DNA of 53,337 nucleotides from a bacterium (GTDB lineage Bacteria; Arandabacterota; Arandabacteria; Arandabacterales; Arandabacteraceae): NCBI GenBank assembly GCA_025774115.1, contig JALGWN010000003.1, positions 1 to 53,337 of the forward strand, read 5' to 3'. Shown piece by piece: positions 53,221 to 53,337 of this stretch (position 1 is its first letter; each line of letters starts with the position of its first letter). The notes under the pieces were generated by a model. It saw only the letters and a program-made list of their open reading frames with translations, ran no database searches and was not told where the DNA came from. The position numbers and the translations under genes were made by a program.

Positions 53221-53337
53221 ATTATCACCTCTGAGAGTAGGGTACTCTTGAGTACGTTTCTAAACTATGATACCATATCCCGGAAATCAAGGAAGATAAT
53301 CCTGATATGCTTGCTAAAAGAGCACTTGCAGCCATTG

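Noticed and set aside
53233-53337. CIRCE (HrcA) or HAIR (HspR) operator upstream of the sHSP operon, and a plus-strand ORF starting at ATG 53307.
   Set aside because: Neither TTAGCACTC-N9-GAGTGCTAA nor CTTGAGT-N7-ACTCAAG is present, only partial half-sites. The plus-strand ORF has just 10 codons before the window ends and no SD.
1-53337. CRISPR arrays, rRNA genes, IS elements, toxin-antitoxin pairs and known defence-system genes.
   Set aside because: I looked for spaced direct repeats and for diagnostic protein motifs (nucleases, integrases, reverse transcriptases, STAND/AAA defence ATPases) in the six-frame track and found none.

Overview
GC-rich window (roughly 55-60% by eye, not computed) from a diderm bacterium, with almost everything coded on the minus strand. 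No rRNA, CRISPR array, transposase, integrase or recognisable defence gene was seen. Layout from left to right: (1) 0.6-10.2 kb is housekeeping: miaA, mutL, mutS, lapB/lapA-like, miaB, mtaB. (2) 10.2-16.9 kb holds an orphan HgdC/BcrA-type ATPase activase, a homocysteine-type Zn methyltransferase, a corrinoid protein, an aldehyde dehydrogenase, a PorV-like outer-membrane protein and a DUF885 protein. (3) 17.2-45.6 kb is a large Wzx/Wzy-type exopolysaccharide locus. It is interrupted by three tRNA genes (Leu-TAA, Cys-GCA, Gly-GCC) and a glgA-galT pair. It encodes a flippase, a CapK-like adenylating enzyme, several CE4 deacetylases, GNAT and FemAB-like acyltransferases, GT4/GT2/GT-C glycosyltransferases, a WbpB/D/E-like amino-sugar trio, the priming sugar transferase, a Wzy/ligase-like protein, a chain-length determinant with a degenerate kinase-like ATPase, and a Wza-like exporter. 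(4) 46-53 kb holds LPS-core and lipid A genes (gmhB, two GT9, msbA-like) and a small heat-shock operon. The least explained signal is regulatory. A leader of about 170 nt, with a 42-nt core that is 35/42 identical, occurs upstream of both the Wza-like operon and a distant sulfatase-like gene. The 525-nt gap upstream of the EPS operon also carries a near-consensus sigma54 promoter and a separate promoter-plus-terminator unit with no credible ORF. All family assignments come from reading the supplied translations by eye. No database search was run.
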